Of a stretch of 64,000 nt of DNA, positions 13,585 through 27,515 are shown piece by piece. Position 1 is the first letter of the stretch, and every line of letters begins with the position of its first letter. The stretch is taken from positions 1 through 64,000 of the forward strand of contig NW_026250410.1 in NCBI RefSeq assembly GCF_024521635.1, read 5' to 3'. The stretch comes from Tricharina praecox. Its lineage: Eukaryota. Under the pieces are notes generated by a model. The model had not been told where the DNA came from, ran no database searches, and saw only the letters and a program-made list of their open reading frames with translations. The position numbers and the translations under genes were made by a program.

Positions 13585-15192
13585 GACTCGGGTTCCCTTG
13601 CGGTTGCTCCGTAATATGTACATGCGGCGTGCCAGAGCGACGGTAACCTTAGTCGGCCGTAGAGTTTGGGAGATGTTGGGAAGCAGAATTGACAGTGGCT
13701 CGATCCCGCCATGTTACTCCCGCTATATGCGGTGTCGACACGGAGATAAATGACGGCGGCCCGGAGAAGGAGCATAATGCTACGATACCTATATCCCCAA
13801 TAGCTAGCGACATAGATAAGTTAGTATAATACTTAATTGGAAGCTTTACCGTGCGCTTCTATTTATATCGAAAGGCTTGTGCTGTGCCTGGTTGCCTCTT
13901 TGCTAGACAGTCGGTCAAGTAGGAGCTTGAACTCCTGATACAGCCAATGCGAGCTAGGGGTAGTGAGTGATGCCCCGCTGCTCCCAGCGATTGCGCAGCT
14001 GGCTATACAGGAAAGCAGGTAGCAAAGACAAGCGACCAGAATATTACATTAAACGAGAATACAACGAGCACGAAAACAGAAAAAAGAGTGGAACAATATG
14101 GGTATATGGATTTTATACCCGCAGGGAACAAGCAAAACAATAAGAAACAAAAGAAAGATATTAAAAATTAAAAATTAAAATTAAACATAAGAAAAGGAAA
14201 GAAAAGAAGAGAAAAGGGGAGGAGCAACCCCTGCACTAATCGATAACGATTGGATCGTTACGGCTTCCTGAGAACAGATGGGCAATCTGTTCCTTCTGCC
14301 TTTCGGAGAAGCGCGGCGGGCACGACGACCGGCGCTTCTCAACCCTTGTGGGCGCGGGAGATGAGCGGCGGAGCGGAACGGAATGGTGGCGGCGGCGGCG
14401 GTCAGGGGTCTGTGGTCCGCGGGCGGAAGCGCCGGGAGTGGCGGGAGCTACCTCGGGCTTGGAGAGGGCGAGGGAGAGGGCGCGCGGCTGCTGCTGCTGC
14501 TAATGTTCCATATGATGGGGGCGGGAGCGGCGGGGGCGGCGGGAGTGACGTCTTCTTCTTCTTCGTCGTCGATTGTAAACGGGCGCGCAGAACTGCCGTC
14601 CGCTAAGATGATCGTAGCCTCGGCCGGCTGCCAGGAGTTGGCGGGCTCGGCTGCTGGCTTGGTGCTCGGAGCGGGCGAGGGAGAGGGCACACGGCTGCTG
14701 CTGCTGCTGCTGCTGATGTTCCATATGGTGGGGCGGAAGCGAAAACTTGTAGCGGCAAGGTGGGTGATCCGGGAGCCCGGAACGCGGCGCTCTCCGTCAG
14801 GACGTCGAATATCACTGCGCCGTTGGTGGTGGCGGCGACGTAACCGTTCACTAGCTTGTAGCGGTACTTCTCGAAGCAGTCCTCCTGCAGGAGGAGGTCC
14901 TTCTTTGAGTACGTACACTTGTACCAGACCGTAAGCTTGTCTGTAGTACAGATGGTGGTGGTGGCGGCGACGGCTAACACCGACTGCACGAGGTCGGCGT
15001 ACTCGTGCTCGGAGGAGAGGAAGCACCGAACACCGTTGACGGCGGCGGCATACGTCCCACCGAGAGCACCGACAACATCCGCCGATGTTGTGGCCTGCGC
15101 GCTGCTGCTGCTGGTCGACATGATGACCATATCATCATCGTCGCTCGCGGCATCTTGCGATGACTCGATGGTCTTGGTAGTGCCCTCGTTCA
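13585..15192 (-). repeat. Dispersed repeat family A, copy 1 (~1.6 kb, carries ORF of unknown function)
   Basis: Reverse complement is colinear with 47854-49496. Encodes ...SADVVGALGGTYAAAVNGVRCFLSSEHEYADLVQSVL...VWYKCTYSKKDLLLQEDCFEKYRYKLVNGYV... Confidence 0.9.
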
Positions 15193-18100
15193 GGACTACG
15201 CAGGTGCTTGAGGACTTGAGGTACGGGGTTCCACGACATGTCGGTAGTTGGTGCTTCCGGCCCAGGTGCTTGGTGGCGCACATCTAGCTGGTGCGTGTCA
15301 ATCAAAGGTTAACGCAGTAGCACAGGAAATAACTCAAACCTAGGAGTGAATCAGAGAACGGGTGAATCGCAGCCTAACCCCTTTCGTATACCACCACCAT
15401 CACCAAACTTAGTCGATGTGAGAATTATACGCTATGTAGACATAGGCTTGCTCATAATGATGGAATACATAGGAACTGGATTTTCCCTATGGTTCTAACG
15501 GTCGCTGAGGAGGAAGCTAGCTCGAAGAGTGGTGTCTATATACCGGAATGCATTGCTGGGGATACGCGACACGGCTTTTTCTTAGAACCATGAACTGTGG
15601 CTTCGCTGCATGAATCGTGGCAGCTCTTAAGTCTGAGTTTCTTTGTCATTTTTGGCGCAATGAGTCATTGCGCCCGTGTTCTCCATCGTCTGGTCCGGAC
15701 GGCCAAAACGGCGGACTGTTGGTCATGCCTCACTCTACCGACACATGTTACCTTATTCAATCGACACAAACTAGGTACTCTTTTGGTGTGGACATGCTTA
15801 ACGCGGCTGATGGGGAGGACGTAGAGTAGATAGTACAGCGCACACATTGCCCAGTGATGCCGACGCTGTTGCGGCGGAAAGTAGCAGTATTCAGACTCGA
15901 ATACCTAAGGTGCACGGTCGAAATCGGGTTTTTGCACAAAGTTTGGCGTCCCGATGTTGTGCCCACAGCCCGTGGCGTATCGGCAAACAATCCATCACAG
16001 CCAATCGAAGCCGACAGCTGCAATCTCATTCCCCGCCACTTCATGCACACACTGCACACATCTCGGTTGTGGTGATCGCGGTTTGCTTTGTCACGAACAC
16101 CGACGCCCAATTTCAACCAGCCTTGCTTCTCCTGCCGCGTGCAGCCACATGACGTAGCATCTCTAACGTTTCGTACATATCCGGGACGCAGAATCAGTGG
16201 TTAGTCGGATATCCGTGCAGCCGCGCATGAAAAGCGGCATTGGAAACACGCAGTCAGTGACTCAGTGCGCGAGGCAGAGCAAAGCCATACGTCGGGTTCT
16301 TTTGGCGGAGGAATGAAGGGTTTTCGGTCCTGTGGCTATAGGATAAGGTTTGGAGGAATAGCGACTCGAGTAACCCCACAGCCATGCCGAATACCGACAA
16401 TTAGCCCCTGGACATCACAATGATGTGTCAACTGCCGGCATTACTGTGCAGACAACCCAACCTACCCCTGCACCTGCAACTCCAGTCTTGGCAGATTCTC
16501 CCGACTTGGGATAGCCAGATCAGGCTCAAGAACTATTGCTTGAATATGTTTTCCCCGCCCTTATATACTGGTGCCTGACTGCCTTGATCCGTGACTGGCG
16601 CTTGGCTTGCATAGAATCTCTAACGCGAGTTTCGGCAGGGTTCAACTTATCCGTCGGACAATCAGAACCAATGTACTTGCCTAAAATCATCGTAAGCCGT
16701 AGTTAAGCGAGTGGCCGTGATGACTGTCCATGACGACGTCTGGTCCCATGTTCGATCCGTGGAAGAAGCTTTTGATCGCTAGCGGGTGTCGTCGAAGCTT
16801 CCTCCCCACGTATCTTTTCTGCGCGTGCATTTTTATGTGCGCACTTATTATGTCTTCGCGCACTTAGAGTAAGTAAGTAGATCCAACGAGCGCGCAAAAC
16901 AGGGGCCGATTGGTCGACGACAGCAACAGCAGTACATCTGCCGGCCCACGTCCCATGGATTCATCAGGTATCGGTCTTGCGGTCGGGGGGACTTGCCTCT
17001 TCTCGTTTTCTCTGATTTCCATCCCCGATCGTGTATCATACGCATGCGAGGAGGTGGATTCATCATTTCAGTGTGCACTATGTGATGAACGCCTTCTCAA
17101 ATGCCTTGTGTAGCCTGATGATTTGATGCTCGCGTTTGGATCGGTGACGCTCCACCGGGAAGAGCTGAAGTCCGCCAGAGGAGCAACGAATACTCCTCCA
17201 TGGGCACTGTCGGGAAACCCATTTATTACAAATAGCGACCTATGGTTCTGCCAAAACGTCCATCCCATTTACCACCATCTCTGATCAGTAACTTCTTTAT
17301 TCACATCACCCCTCGAAGCCCTCAGACTTACCGACTTTCCCAATCTCACCTCATGGCTTCAAAGCGCATGCTACCTGTTGCAGCTGCCGCTCCAGCTCCA
17401 ACTCCAGCTCCATCCCTAGTAGATTCCTCAACAGCCGTTGACACTTCAGATCCCCCGGCTGTCCGTATTCCAATCGCAAACAGGTTTCCATCCATCCAGA
17501 TGGTTACCTCTCCTACCAAAGGCAGGCCAGGATCCACCGCGATCAACATCCCAAGCATCTCCAGCACCGGCGCTCCCTCAGCAGTGATGACAGGTAAGAT
17601 TTCAGGTAGCCTTATGGAGGTGGTGGGAGAGCCTGACTGACACGTATCAGCTCCGACGGCGATTTCGTACACCCTCAATGCGTGGATGGCGCAAGGACCA
17701 CGGGATGACGGGGTGGTGGTTTTTGCGTCTCGCAGGGATATTATGCGTGAGTGAATAGGGAGCAGCAGCCATTGCAGCATGGCTGTGAGGGTGTGGGGAT
17801 TAGAGGTGGTGGTGGTGGTGTGGGGATTAGAGGTGGTGGTGGTGGTGGTGGTGGTTAAAGGGGTTACAGGGCAACAGGGAGGGAAGGGCGGACTGCAGGA
17901 CTTGTTTTCGACAGATTTCACTGTAATTTTAATTATTGGTAAGAATCGATCGAGGCAAAATATGAAGCCGAGGGAAGATGGAAATAGTAGGCCTATCGCG
18001 GTGTTCGACATGTTCGGCGGTTTAGTACTTGCTAATGCACGGCCACGGTGCAGTGAGTCCATGTTCCGCCTCATCACAGTGCGTTGTACGTCCCATCCGT

Positions 18101-19989
18101 CCCATCTGTCGCCACCGACAAAAACCGATTTTCTTTCGAGGGTGTTGGTGTGCCTTTCATGTGGTTACAGTTGTGGGTGGGACACACTGTAGTCAATACT
18201 AATCTGACGCCGAAGTGCGGATTTGCTTTTTGCTTTTGCTTTTTCCTGCTAGGTTCCAACTGCGTTTTCGTTTCGTCCCGGGTCCACTGTATTCATCCCG
18301 TTCTAGAAGTCGCGCACGCGAGGAGCAACTCAATCCGATTGCCTGTTCCATTTCCCGAATCCCAAAATATGCGGCCATACCATTCTATACAGATCATCTC
18401 TCTTTGTTTTTAGCCTCTCGGGATGGAGTATAGTAGTCGTCGGTCGGATCAAAGGGCCTGCAATCTCTTCACTGCTCAGGAACACACTGTAGTCGGTCAG
18501 CGCGGGGGATCAAGGGCTCGGAAAAAGAGTTTCTAGGTGTCCGGAGCGGTCCAAGTATGTTTGAAGGGGAGGGCCCAACGCATAGTATTTAAACGTCTTA
18601 CCGTAGTGTCATTTTTCTTGATCAGCAGTGTCTATGTTCCTTCATCTTCCGGTATAGTAAGAACAGAACGCAGGCGTGGGTTCAAGCACCAATGCGCGAT
18701 GAGTGCGCACCATGGCTATGCGCCACGTGGAGTCGGCACCGGGAACTTGCAGCCACGTCACCGAATGCTGGATATCTTTCCATACATGGACTATTACCAC
18801 ACCATTTCCATCCGTATTGAAGTATCCATCGACGTTGGATAAAAATCCCATATGCAGTGGGTATCGAATGTCTGCGACTGCCATGATGATCACTACGAAT
18901 CACTGGGTAGGTATTTACTGACCATTCACGCTGCGCCATCCTCACCGCCATATCCTAGATACTGAATAGCCGCATTAAGTTAGCATCCGACCGTCCACAG
19001 CCACGGGCTGAGGTGGGGCTGAGGTGAAATCATCACTAGCGACCACCTACCTACGTCAACTGCGACAGTCCCAGAGTAGGGAGGAAACAGACGCTAAAGG
19101 GGTACAAAAGAGTTTAGCCGTCTTGGTGAATCCAAGGAATCCGTTGCGATAGAAACGGTGTATCGATTACGTGGACCGTGGCTCTCATGAGGCAGAGAGA
19201 ACAGTGAAGGGGTAGACAGTACAGAACAGAAATTCTCGTGACACCCGGTACGCCGCCTTTCAGAAAGCCCGGTGAGGGAGCGTGGAGGCAGAGGCAGCTT
19301 GGGGCCACTGGCGGGCGCCGAAGAGAGGAGACCTTACTGAGTCCTGGTGGGACCTGATCCAGATCCGATGTGGTCATCTAAACGTTTACCTGTCTCCGTT
19401 GCCACTAGGTACTTCTGTCTTCCAGTTGTCGGTCTTTGGTCATCATCAGTTCATCAGTCTCATCATTGCTCTCTTTACCAGCCAAATCATCCGTCCTCCT
19501 TACAATTCCTGCAGTACTCTGTAAGCATGCAGTAGTTTCTCGTCTGTCGCGCTGCCACCCGTATCAACCCCGCCTCTCAGCCGCCCCCACCTTGTGCGCA
19601 CTCAACTGCAGACCCCTGTGCCGGAAATCTCTGCAAACCACCCACACCCCCCCCCCAAAAAAAACAGCGCCGAAACATCGTCAAAAGTAGGCAGAAAGTA
19701 GGCAGATGAGGGCCGGTGTAAAGGGTGATAAATAGTCCAGATCCGCCATTTAAATGTCTACACTAGGCATCCTCCGCTTCTCGCGGAACATATATTCACC
19801 CGTCACAGCATCCGCCACCCAGAAAGACCCCCATCGACCACTTTTGCCTCAGCCATACACTCGGACAGACTCCCCGTCGTCCACAACTCGCATTCATTTT
19901 CTTTCCGTCTATCCGTCGCTTTCGAGCCCATAACTTTCCAAGGAAAGATCTCTGTCGATTAGTTAGCTCGCCCGTTGCAGTTGCAAAGA

Positions 19990-20474
19990 ATGTCCGGCAA
20001 GGCCAACAACGATCCCCCGAAGCAGGCGGATCGAGTGCCGGGAAACAGCAAGTCAACCATGGAGCCTCCGGCAGTAGTGCAGCCTACAGAACATGCCGGT
20101 AACCACCCCAGATGTTCACAGCTCGTGGCCCACCCAAGCTTCCCGCGGATCCCCGTGCTGACATGTACGCCCAGCAGCGATTCCACCACTACCACCACCA
20201 CCACCACCACCACCACCACTCACCTTAGCAGCCCTGCAGCGACTCCAAGGACAGCTCCATGGTGTCCCCGAGGAGCAGGGCTGCGCCGATCCCATGTCTC
20301 GCTGGTACCGAGCTCCAGCACGAGACGAACCGTCAGTGGCCTACCGCCATTAGGCGGGCCAGGCGATGTGACCCAGCGCCATAATAGGTAATACTTCCCC
20401 CACCTGTACGACAAAATACGTCCGCTAACACTTCTCGAAGTATGCTCCTCCGCTTACACCACCGCCGTCAGTGA
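19990..20474 (+). CDS. Possible small hypothetical protein (Thr/Pro-rich), one intron
   Basis: ATG 19990, donor GTAATA ~20388, GCTAAC branch and AAG acceptor ~20440. No domain; could be non-coding. Confidence 0.2.
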
Positions 20475-21255
20475 GAGGACTAGCATCGGCCCTATTCTGA
20501 AGCGTGCCACACGGTCATTACTCTACATACTTTCTTTTGCACGAAACCCGGTATCATGTCTTCTTGAACGCCGGTGCATGATAGCATGGGCATCATTACC
20601 ACCTATATATGCGCAACATCTTGCCTATTCTCCCACTTATCTGCGATCCCACCGTTGTCGCTCTTTCTTTCTTTCTTTCTTTTCTTTCTTTTCTTTCTTT
20701 TCCTCATACTCTATTTCAAGTTTAAACTCTGAGCTCTGAATTCGGTCGCCACCACCACCACCACCACCGACATCCACGCCTACATACCAACCTAGTTCTC
20801 GATCTCGTTCATAGCCTACTGTGGGACACATCCTTGACTACCGTTTTTGACCGGTATTTTGATCCTTGGTCGTGGACCTTGGACGGAATTCTTGCCATGG
20901 TGTTATGTCTGGTTGTCGGCCAGGGGTCTGCGTGGTTAGGCTCGCTTGTTTTGCACTGACATTTCTGCTTTGTTTTGATCGTGTTTGCACGTAGCGACGG
21001 TGTTGTGCCGGTCTTTTTAGCTGGTGTCGCCGCATCGGGTCTGGTAGGGTCTGTCCGGGGTCCTCTCGGCTCTCCCTATTTAACCGGGGTGGTCCCCACT
21101 TTTTGTTTCTTCTTTTCTTCTCTTTCTTCCGTTGCCGCTTTCTGAATTTGTTACAATCAGTTGGTCAATTTACTTTGTGTCCTGGACCCGTGTGTCCTCT
21201 CTTTCTAGTGTGTCTTTCTGCTTGCTACCTGGACTCTACAGGTGGTCCTTGTAGT

Positions 21256-21344
21256 GTGTGTCCTTGGACTAGTGTGTCCTTGGACTAGTGTGTCCTTGGA
21301 CTAGTGTGTCCTTGGACTAGTGTATCCTTGAACTAGTGTGTCCT
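21256..21344. repeat. 16-bp minisatellite (CTAGTGTGTCCTTGGA)n, ~5.5 units
   Basis: Directly visible contiguous units with no spacers, so not CRISPR. Confidence 0.9.
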
Positions 21345-23487
21345 CTTCTCGTTGCACTTCTGGCACGCTTGCCGGAACCCTTACTTTTCTGTCCTCTTGG
21401 ATAGACCTCTTCTGACTCTCTCTACACCCGTCTGCTTTCCTGTCCTTCCCCTCTCTTGCCTAGGGCCGTCCTCACCCTAGTGCCTCACTACCTACCGATC
21501 ACCATGCGGCTTCACGAGGCTCTACAAAAAAATGGCGACCGAACTTGAAAATGGCGTACCTACCAAATGGGACAACAAGCAAAACTGAGCTTCATTTTTA
21601 TAAAATACGAAACACGAAACAGGCACTAAGATGTGGATATGCAATCAGAGGCAATTATGACTGGATACGGCTCGATGTGGAGTTGGGTAACGGTGAAGAA
21701 GGATATGTATTTCCACGTGTCACATGCGTGGATACGGTGCTAGAGTAGAGAGCAATAGGTGGACCGATTCATTAGAAGGGTGGACTCCGGGGGAGAACAC
21801 GGCCAGGACCATAACGGCCACGAACCAACAAAAAAACAACAACGTCGATAACCCCGAAGGGTTGTCTCCCGTCTAACGAATTTCTTAACACAACTGAGCA
21901 CGGATATATATGGGGAAGGAGGGCCCGCGGCGGCCAGGTGGGCTGCGAGTATTTCCTTTGTCGGGTTTTTGATTTTTGCTTTGCGTACTACCTTAGGCTG
22001 TGTCTGTCTTGCTTTTGGTTGCTGATTTTCCTTTATATGCCCGCCATAGCATTAGGGCCCTAAGCTGTATGAACAATAAATAAACAAATAACTAAATATA
22101 CAAATACCCACGTCGATGCAAGAGGGTACTAAGTACATAGAAAAGGGCGACGAGGATTCAACAAGTTGCAACCGCTGTACCGTCGGTAGTGTTATTGTCC
22201 GTCCAGTCCGCTCGGTCCATCCCGACCGGACCGGATCATAAACCGCGCGCGATCTCGCCGGTGGGCCGGACCTAGGCCACCGAGCGGGCCGGGCGGACCG
22301 AGCCGGCCACTTTACTACGTACCTAACTACTACCAAGCGCAAGGGTGTGCTTCTCGACTCTCGACCCTCGAGAACGATCCCGGCTAGGTACTGTGTCCAC
22401 GGGGAATCACTCGATGCCGAGGAAGATTGGTTAGAACTGATGATTGAGCTGTGTAGTGTACCTGCTACGCTGCTTTCGACCCGTTTCACTATACTGCCTA
22501 CTGTGAAGTTGGAACCCGCGCTTTCGCCTCGCCGAAGTTGTCCCGACTCCGGATCACGGCGTTTTCCGGAGAGAGCGCCAGTTGCAGCGTACTTCCCCAC
22601 GCTTCGCCCACCCAGTACCATCATCTAGATTCTATACTTTGTCCTGACAGCGGATGGTACTGCGCTCAACAGAATGCCTCTAACTTGCACAGAATCGGGT
22701 AACTATGCCGACAGCACGTCGCAAATCGACACAACGACTCAACGACTCGACAACATAACGACTCGACAACACAGCTCCAGAGTTGGAAACGCTGACCAAG
22801 TCCGGATTCCAAACGATGATAGATCTTCCCACCTAACGGCTGACACGGTTTAGCGATGCAGCTTGTGGATACCTACTCCGTCATCCATGGTTTCCGGAGG
22901 TACATACATTGGAACACACCTGCCTGCACGACATACCGATTCCCGAGAGTGCACGACTACATAGTGATACTTCGCCGTGTGATGGGCCGCCGAGTTACCG
23001 GCCAGCGGCGCTCTCATCCATCCACATACCGTCCGCAACCACCTAGCAGTCGGTGCATGACACCGTCCTGGCCGAGTTCACCTCCGGTTTTGCGAATACT
23101 GGCAGTATCATTTGCTTTCCTGATGGTAGCAGGTCGAGCGGGGGCTATTTGTTACGGGTGGGTAGGTTGTGGATAACTTTTTTAGAATGAGTCCAATTGC
23201 TAGCTTCCGGCTTTGCGTACCTATTCCAGCCACTATCGTCCGCTGCTTGATCTGTTGTTCAATATATCACTCGACGGCTTAGTCATGGTGGAAGGTAACG
23301 ATGGGCCTTAATTGTTTGCTTGCACTCTCGGGTCTTGCGGATAAAGCTGTATCCAGATAATGCACCTACTTACATACGCCGCAGTGCTTCATCATCGTTT
23401 CCAATCCATTCGTGTGCGTGGCCTTGCATCGCGAGTGATGGAGTGTGAAGAGTCGTCAAACTGCGGACGATGCTGCGTCGGAGTCAC

Positions 23488-23742
23488 GAAAAGCAAGAAA
23501 GTCACCACCAGTGATAGTGGCTCACCCAGTCCTTTCGACCTCACCGCCGGCCTGGCTGGGGGTGTTGGAGAAAGGGCCGTCTGCAAAAACGTGACGTTTT
23601 GTTTTTTTGTTTAATCGTTGGTTGCATGCGACCTGTCTAGCTTATGGCAAAGTGATGTTTTATTGTGGAATGCGCGTGGTGGATTTACGTGGTGGTTATG
23701 CCGAGTTATCGCAAGTGCCGATGGTGGAGGGGGTTAAATTCA
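23488..23742 (+). repeat. Dispersed repeat family B, copy 1
   Basis: Shares AAAAGCAAGAAAGTCACCA...GTGAT..TGGCTCAC...GCCGTCTGCAAA...GATGCCGAG..GCAAGTGC.GATG.TGGAGGGGGTTA with 25490-25990, 31725-31870(-) and 49595-50030. Confidence 0.75.
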
Positions 23743-23897
23743 GTTGGTAGCCACCGCGCTATACCACTCCGCAAACTAGTAGTCAGCATAGCACGCTAAT
23801 GCTATCAAATACCTATAGGTACCTGGCGGGTATCCGGGCATTTCATCCTCCGGGCGGAATGGATCAGTCCTCTGGAAAGCCTGCCCGGGACGAGGCG

Positions 23898-23949
23898 GGA
23901 CTACAGTCCACTAGTGGACTGTAGTCCGGACGAACGGTTGACAACCCTG
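23898..23949 (-). mobile_element. Possible DNA-transposon (hAT/MITE-like) terminus containing a perfect 30-bp palindrome
   Basis: Minus strand begins CAGGGTTGTCAACCGTTCGTCC, followed by the self-complementary GGACTACAGTCCACTAGTGGACTGTAGTCC (23898-23927). Confidence 0.35.
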
Positions 23950-25489
23950 ACCTAGACCCACCTCGCAAACAGCAATCGTGACATTGATTTTCCTCATTAT
24001 CTACTTTTGACTTGCATATCCGCCATTGCACAGCGGTAGATTATTCACTCCCAAGCTCAGCTCTCCTCCCCACAATGCGATCTCATCAAACCCATCGTCG
24101 GTTGCATCAACGAGTGAGTATTGATGATCTGATCGTATTCTTACTTCTTGCCTATCCCCGCACCAACGATCCCGTTTCCATTCCAACTGTGTCAAGCGTG
24201 CGAGAGGCGGTGCGTGACGGACATTACTGTAAAGAAGGTATGTGTAAACCCATGCTGCAAGTTTCTCCCCCTGTGTTCCGTACAACTATACAGCCGTTCA
24301 CACTTTATCACTCGTCCGTTATCGCTTGCTGACCTTCGCGAGAGAGAATCATCACAAGTTATAGATGCTCATGCGTTCCTGAAGTATGTGATGTTCTGGA
24401 ACGGGTCATGGAATTTGTCAAATATACTAACATAGATAAGATGATTGGCAGGAAGATATAACTGTTTTGGTACCTGCTTCTTCTTCTACTCCGGGTCGGT
24501 GCCCTTCTATATATACAGATTGTGTCTGCAGACTGCCATTGGGAGATAGACCTGCCGGCGAGACCAGACAGCACAAGTTAGAACTCATCCCCACCTCCGG
24601 ATACAGTTCGCATGACCGAGTCCTTGACCCCTTTAGAACTGAGAGCAGTACTCCTTGAAACTTCACTACCACGTACAGCGGACATGGGGAGAGAACCTTC
24701 ATGCTTCCGACGCCGTAATCTCACACAATTGAAGCTGCTGTCTTACGATTCCGAAGATCTGATCGTAGAGCACACACCCACCGGCCGGTGTTGTGGTATT
24801 GAATACCGCTTGCGGGGGGGGAAATGGTGGGAAACATCTAGGTGTGTGCCGCTTCCTGTCGGATCATGCACTATCACTCGCGCCGTATGCCTTTCTCTCC
24901 CAGAAGCCTTTGTATGAGCTTTCAAGCAGGTATCACTCGAACAATGACCCCGTCGGCCAACTTTCGACCCGCACTAGCGCCCCACAACACCTATAAAACC
25001 CTCCTCTCCCCTCCACACCTCCATCTTTCTTCCCCATCCTAGTGCAAGGGCAGTATAAGCTTCAGTGAGGATGCAATCTGTGAGCTTGTTGTTGCTGGTT
25101 GAAAACTAAACCTTGACCGCTCCTGGCCTGCTTCGGCGGCGCCAGGGAATTTTTGGCCTCTTATGTGCGATGTTTTTCGTTGGCTTCCAGGTTGCAATTT
25201 GCAAACGTGGAGCTGAAGAAAGATATACACTTCGAGCTGCTGCTGTCACGGTCAGAATGGCATGATCACGGAGCACACATCTACCGGATGGCGATGTGGT
25301 ATTGAATACCGCTTACGGGCGAGGAAATCGTGGGAACTTAACATTCACTGGGTGTGCGCTTCTTCGTGTCGGAGTACCTACGGTCAATAGACATCCTTCA
25401 TGTGCTTCGGAAAACATGATCTGATGGAGTTAGTGGTGATGCCCAGTTTTAGGTAGCAAGTGGTGCAGTGGCATCTTCTCTTTTTCATG

Positions 25490-25990
25490 GTGGATGAAGT
25501 TACAATTTCAAAAGCAAGAAAGTCACCAGTAGTTGCCAGTGATCATGGCTTACTCCGAGTTCTCTCGACCCCGCCGACGGCGTGGAGGTGGCGCAGGTGG
25601 GTTGGTAATCGAGCTGTCTGCAAAAGCGTGATGTTTTTGAACGGGAGTTGTGGAACTAGTGATGCCGAGATGTAGCAAGTGCTGATTGTAGGGGGGAGGG
25701 GGGTTATAATTTTAAAATCGAGGAAGTCACCAGCAGAGATCATTGCTCTGTTGGAGCAAATTTCCCAGAAGGTGAGGCGCTACCACACCCCAAGGTCCCG
25801 ATCTGTCACAAGGGTAGCAACCTTGGGGGAGGACGCTCTTTTGCTGCGGTTCAAACCCGGTTTGCTGCTTTACTTTTAGTTTCGTTTTGCTGGAGTAGCT
25901 AGCTGGGTAGGTAGATTGTCGCTTGGAGGGAGGATCATCACGAAATTATGGGAAAATACTCGTTTGTTGGGCACGTGATGTTTTCGAACG
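25490..25990 (+). repeat. Dispersed repeat family B, copy 2 (longest)
   Basis: Colinear with 49595-50030, for example ACAAGGGTAGCAACCTTGGGG(G)AGGACGCTCTTTTG(C/T)TGCGGTTCAA. Confidence 0.85.
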
Positions 25991-26249
25991 TCTGTTGTGA
26001 GGAAGATACAGTACTTCATATGAAAGATAGCAAACTACCTCCATACATAACTTAATCAGTTGAACGCGAATGTCGTGGCGTTCCGTATCCATCCCGACTC
26101 TACACCATGTCGTTATGGAGCATCACGTGTCACGGCAGCGTCAATTATTTGCAACAAACATTTAATTCCACTACCATACATATTGTATGTACCAAAACCG
26201 TAAAGTAAGAGAAGTTACCATCATCAACCCAAAACGTCGTATCGTCCGT

Positions 26250-27515
26250 CTACAACTCCTGCGACCCGGCCACTCCACTCTTCTTCTCCGACCACATCTT
26301 CGTGCTCCCAAGCTCCATCGCCAGGCCCAGAGTCAACTTCGCATGCTGCAGCATATGGTCAAAGCTCAGGTACTCAATCTTATCCTCGGTGGTGTGAATA
26401 TGATTATCGCTATCCTCGAACGCGCTCTCGATGACGAACGCGCTGGGGTAACCCGCCTTGCTAGCGCTGGCATGGTCGGAGCACGCGTATCCGCATGCGG
26501 TGGCGGTCCACGGAATGTCGCAGTACTCGGTGATGACCTTCTTGATGAACTCCGTCAGGCCCTGGTCGACGTAGTCGGTGATGACACCGACAGCCTCGGG
26601 CTTGCCGGCCTTGAGCGTCTTCTCGACGAAGCCGGTCATGTCCTGCTGCAGCATGGCGACGACATCGCGGCCCTCCTTCTCGTAGGAGCTAAAGATCGCT
26701 TGCGACCCCAGCAGTCCGAGCTCTTCGGCAGAGTACCAGTGGAACTCGACCGTCTGCTCCAGCGTCTCGCCGCTGTCGGCAAGGTACTTGATGAACACGC
26801 GGAACGCCTCGAGGATGGTGACAGTGCCCGAGCCATCGTCGTCTGCGCCCGGCGCGCCAAGCAGCGACGGGAGGAACAGGTTGATGCTGTCCTGGTGCGC
26901 GCCGATGACCACCGTCTTGTTCGTGCGTCCCGGAATCCGAGCGATGATGCTGTTCTGCCCCCAGGAATGGGGAAACGGCTTCACCTCGAGGTTTTTGTAG
27001 CCGGCTGCGGTCTCGATGACGCGGTTTTGCAGCCACTCGCTGGATTGCCGTCCGTAGTCGCTCTTTGCGTAGCGCGTGTAGAAGCTGGTGAATTTCTCGA
27101 GGTTGGCCTGGATCGAGGACTTGTCGAGAGTGGAGAGCAACGGCTTGATGGTTTTCTGGAAGGCGGGCGAGTCGGGGAACTTGACGGTCGGCTTCTGTGA
27201 AGTTGCTGCCAGAACCGCGTTCTGGAGGCCGAGAGACGGGTGCTCGGTTATGTCCATGAAGTTGATTCCTTGCTGTGACGCGTCAGTGGGGGATCATCTC
27301 GCGACGAAGCTCGGAGAACGCACGCGTTTCAGCTCAAGCTTTTGGTCTTCGGTTACCCATCGCGTCTCGAATGGTGAGAGCTGGATCTGGCGGAGCTCAG
27401 AATCGGCGGAGGAGGTGGATGACAGTGCCGCGAACTGGTGGTCTTCAGTTGGCAGCACGAGGGCGGAGGAGAGCGCAGCGGCGGCGAGGAGAGAAAAAGG
27501 GATGAAGGACTTCAT
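26250..27515 (-). CDS. lap1: Secreted leucine aminopeptidase, peptidase family M28 (Zn-dependent)
   Basis: Signal peptide [18 protein letters not shown]. Exons 27515-27324 and 27272-26250 give ...[21 protein letters not shown]. Zn motifs [43 protein letters not shown] and IHTTED. Confidence 0.95.

Noticed and set aside
17242..18192. Overlapping ORFs of 132-243 aa
   Set aside because: Driven by GGT repeats and Pro/Ala-rich low complexity. A small gene from ATG 17353 is possible, but no consistent model or domain could be built.
21256..21344. Regular repeats here and at 50681-50830 as a possible CRISPR array
   Set aside because: Units are contiguous without unique spacers, the context is eukaryotic and there are no cas genes.
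26187..27200. 337-aa plus-strand ORF
   Set aside because: Antisense shadow of the codon-biased M28 aminopeptidase gene.
5827..27515. EBP, hydrolase and aminopeptidase as a biosynthetic gene cluster
   Set aside because: No backbone enzyme (PKS, NRPS, terpene synthase, precursor peptide with DUF3328) and the genes are widely separated.
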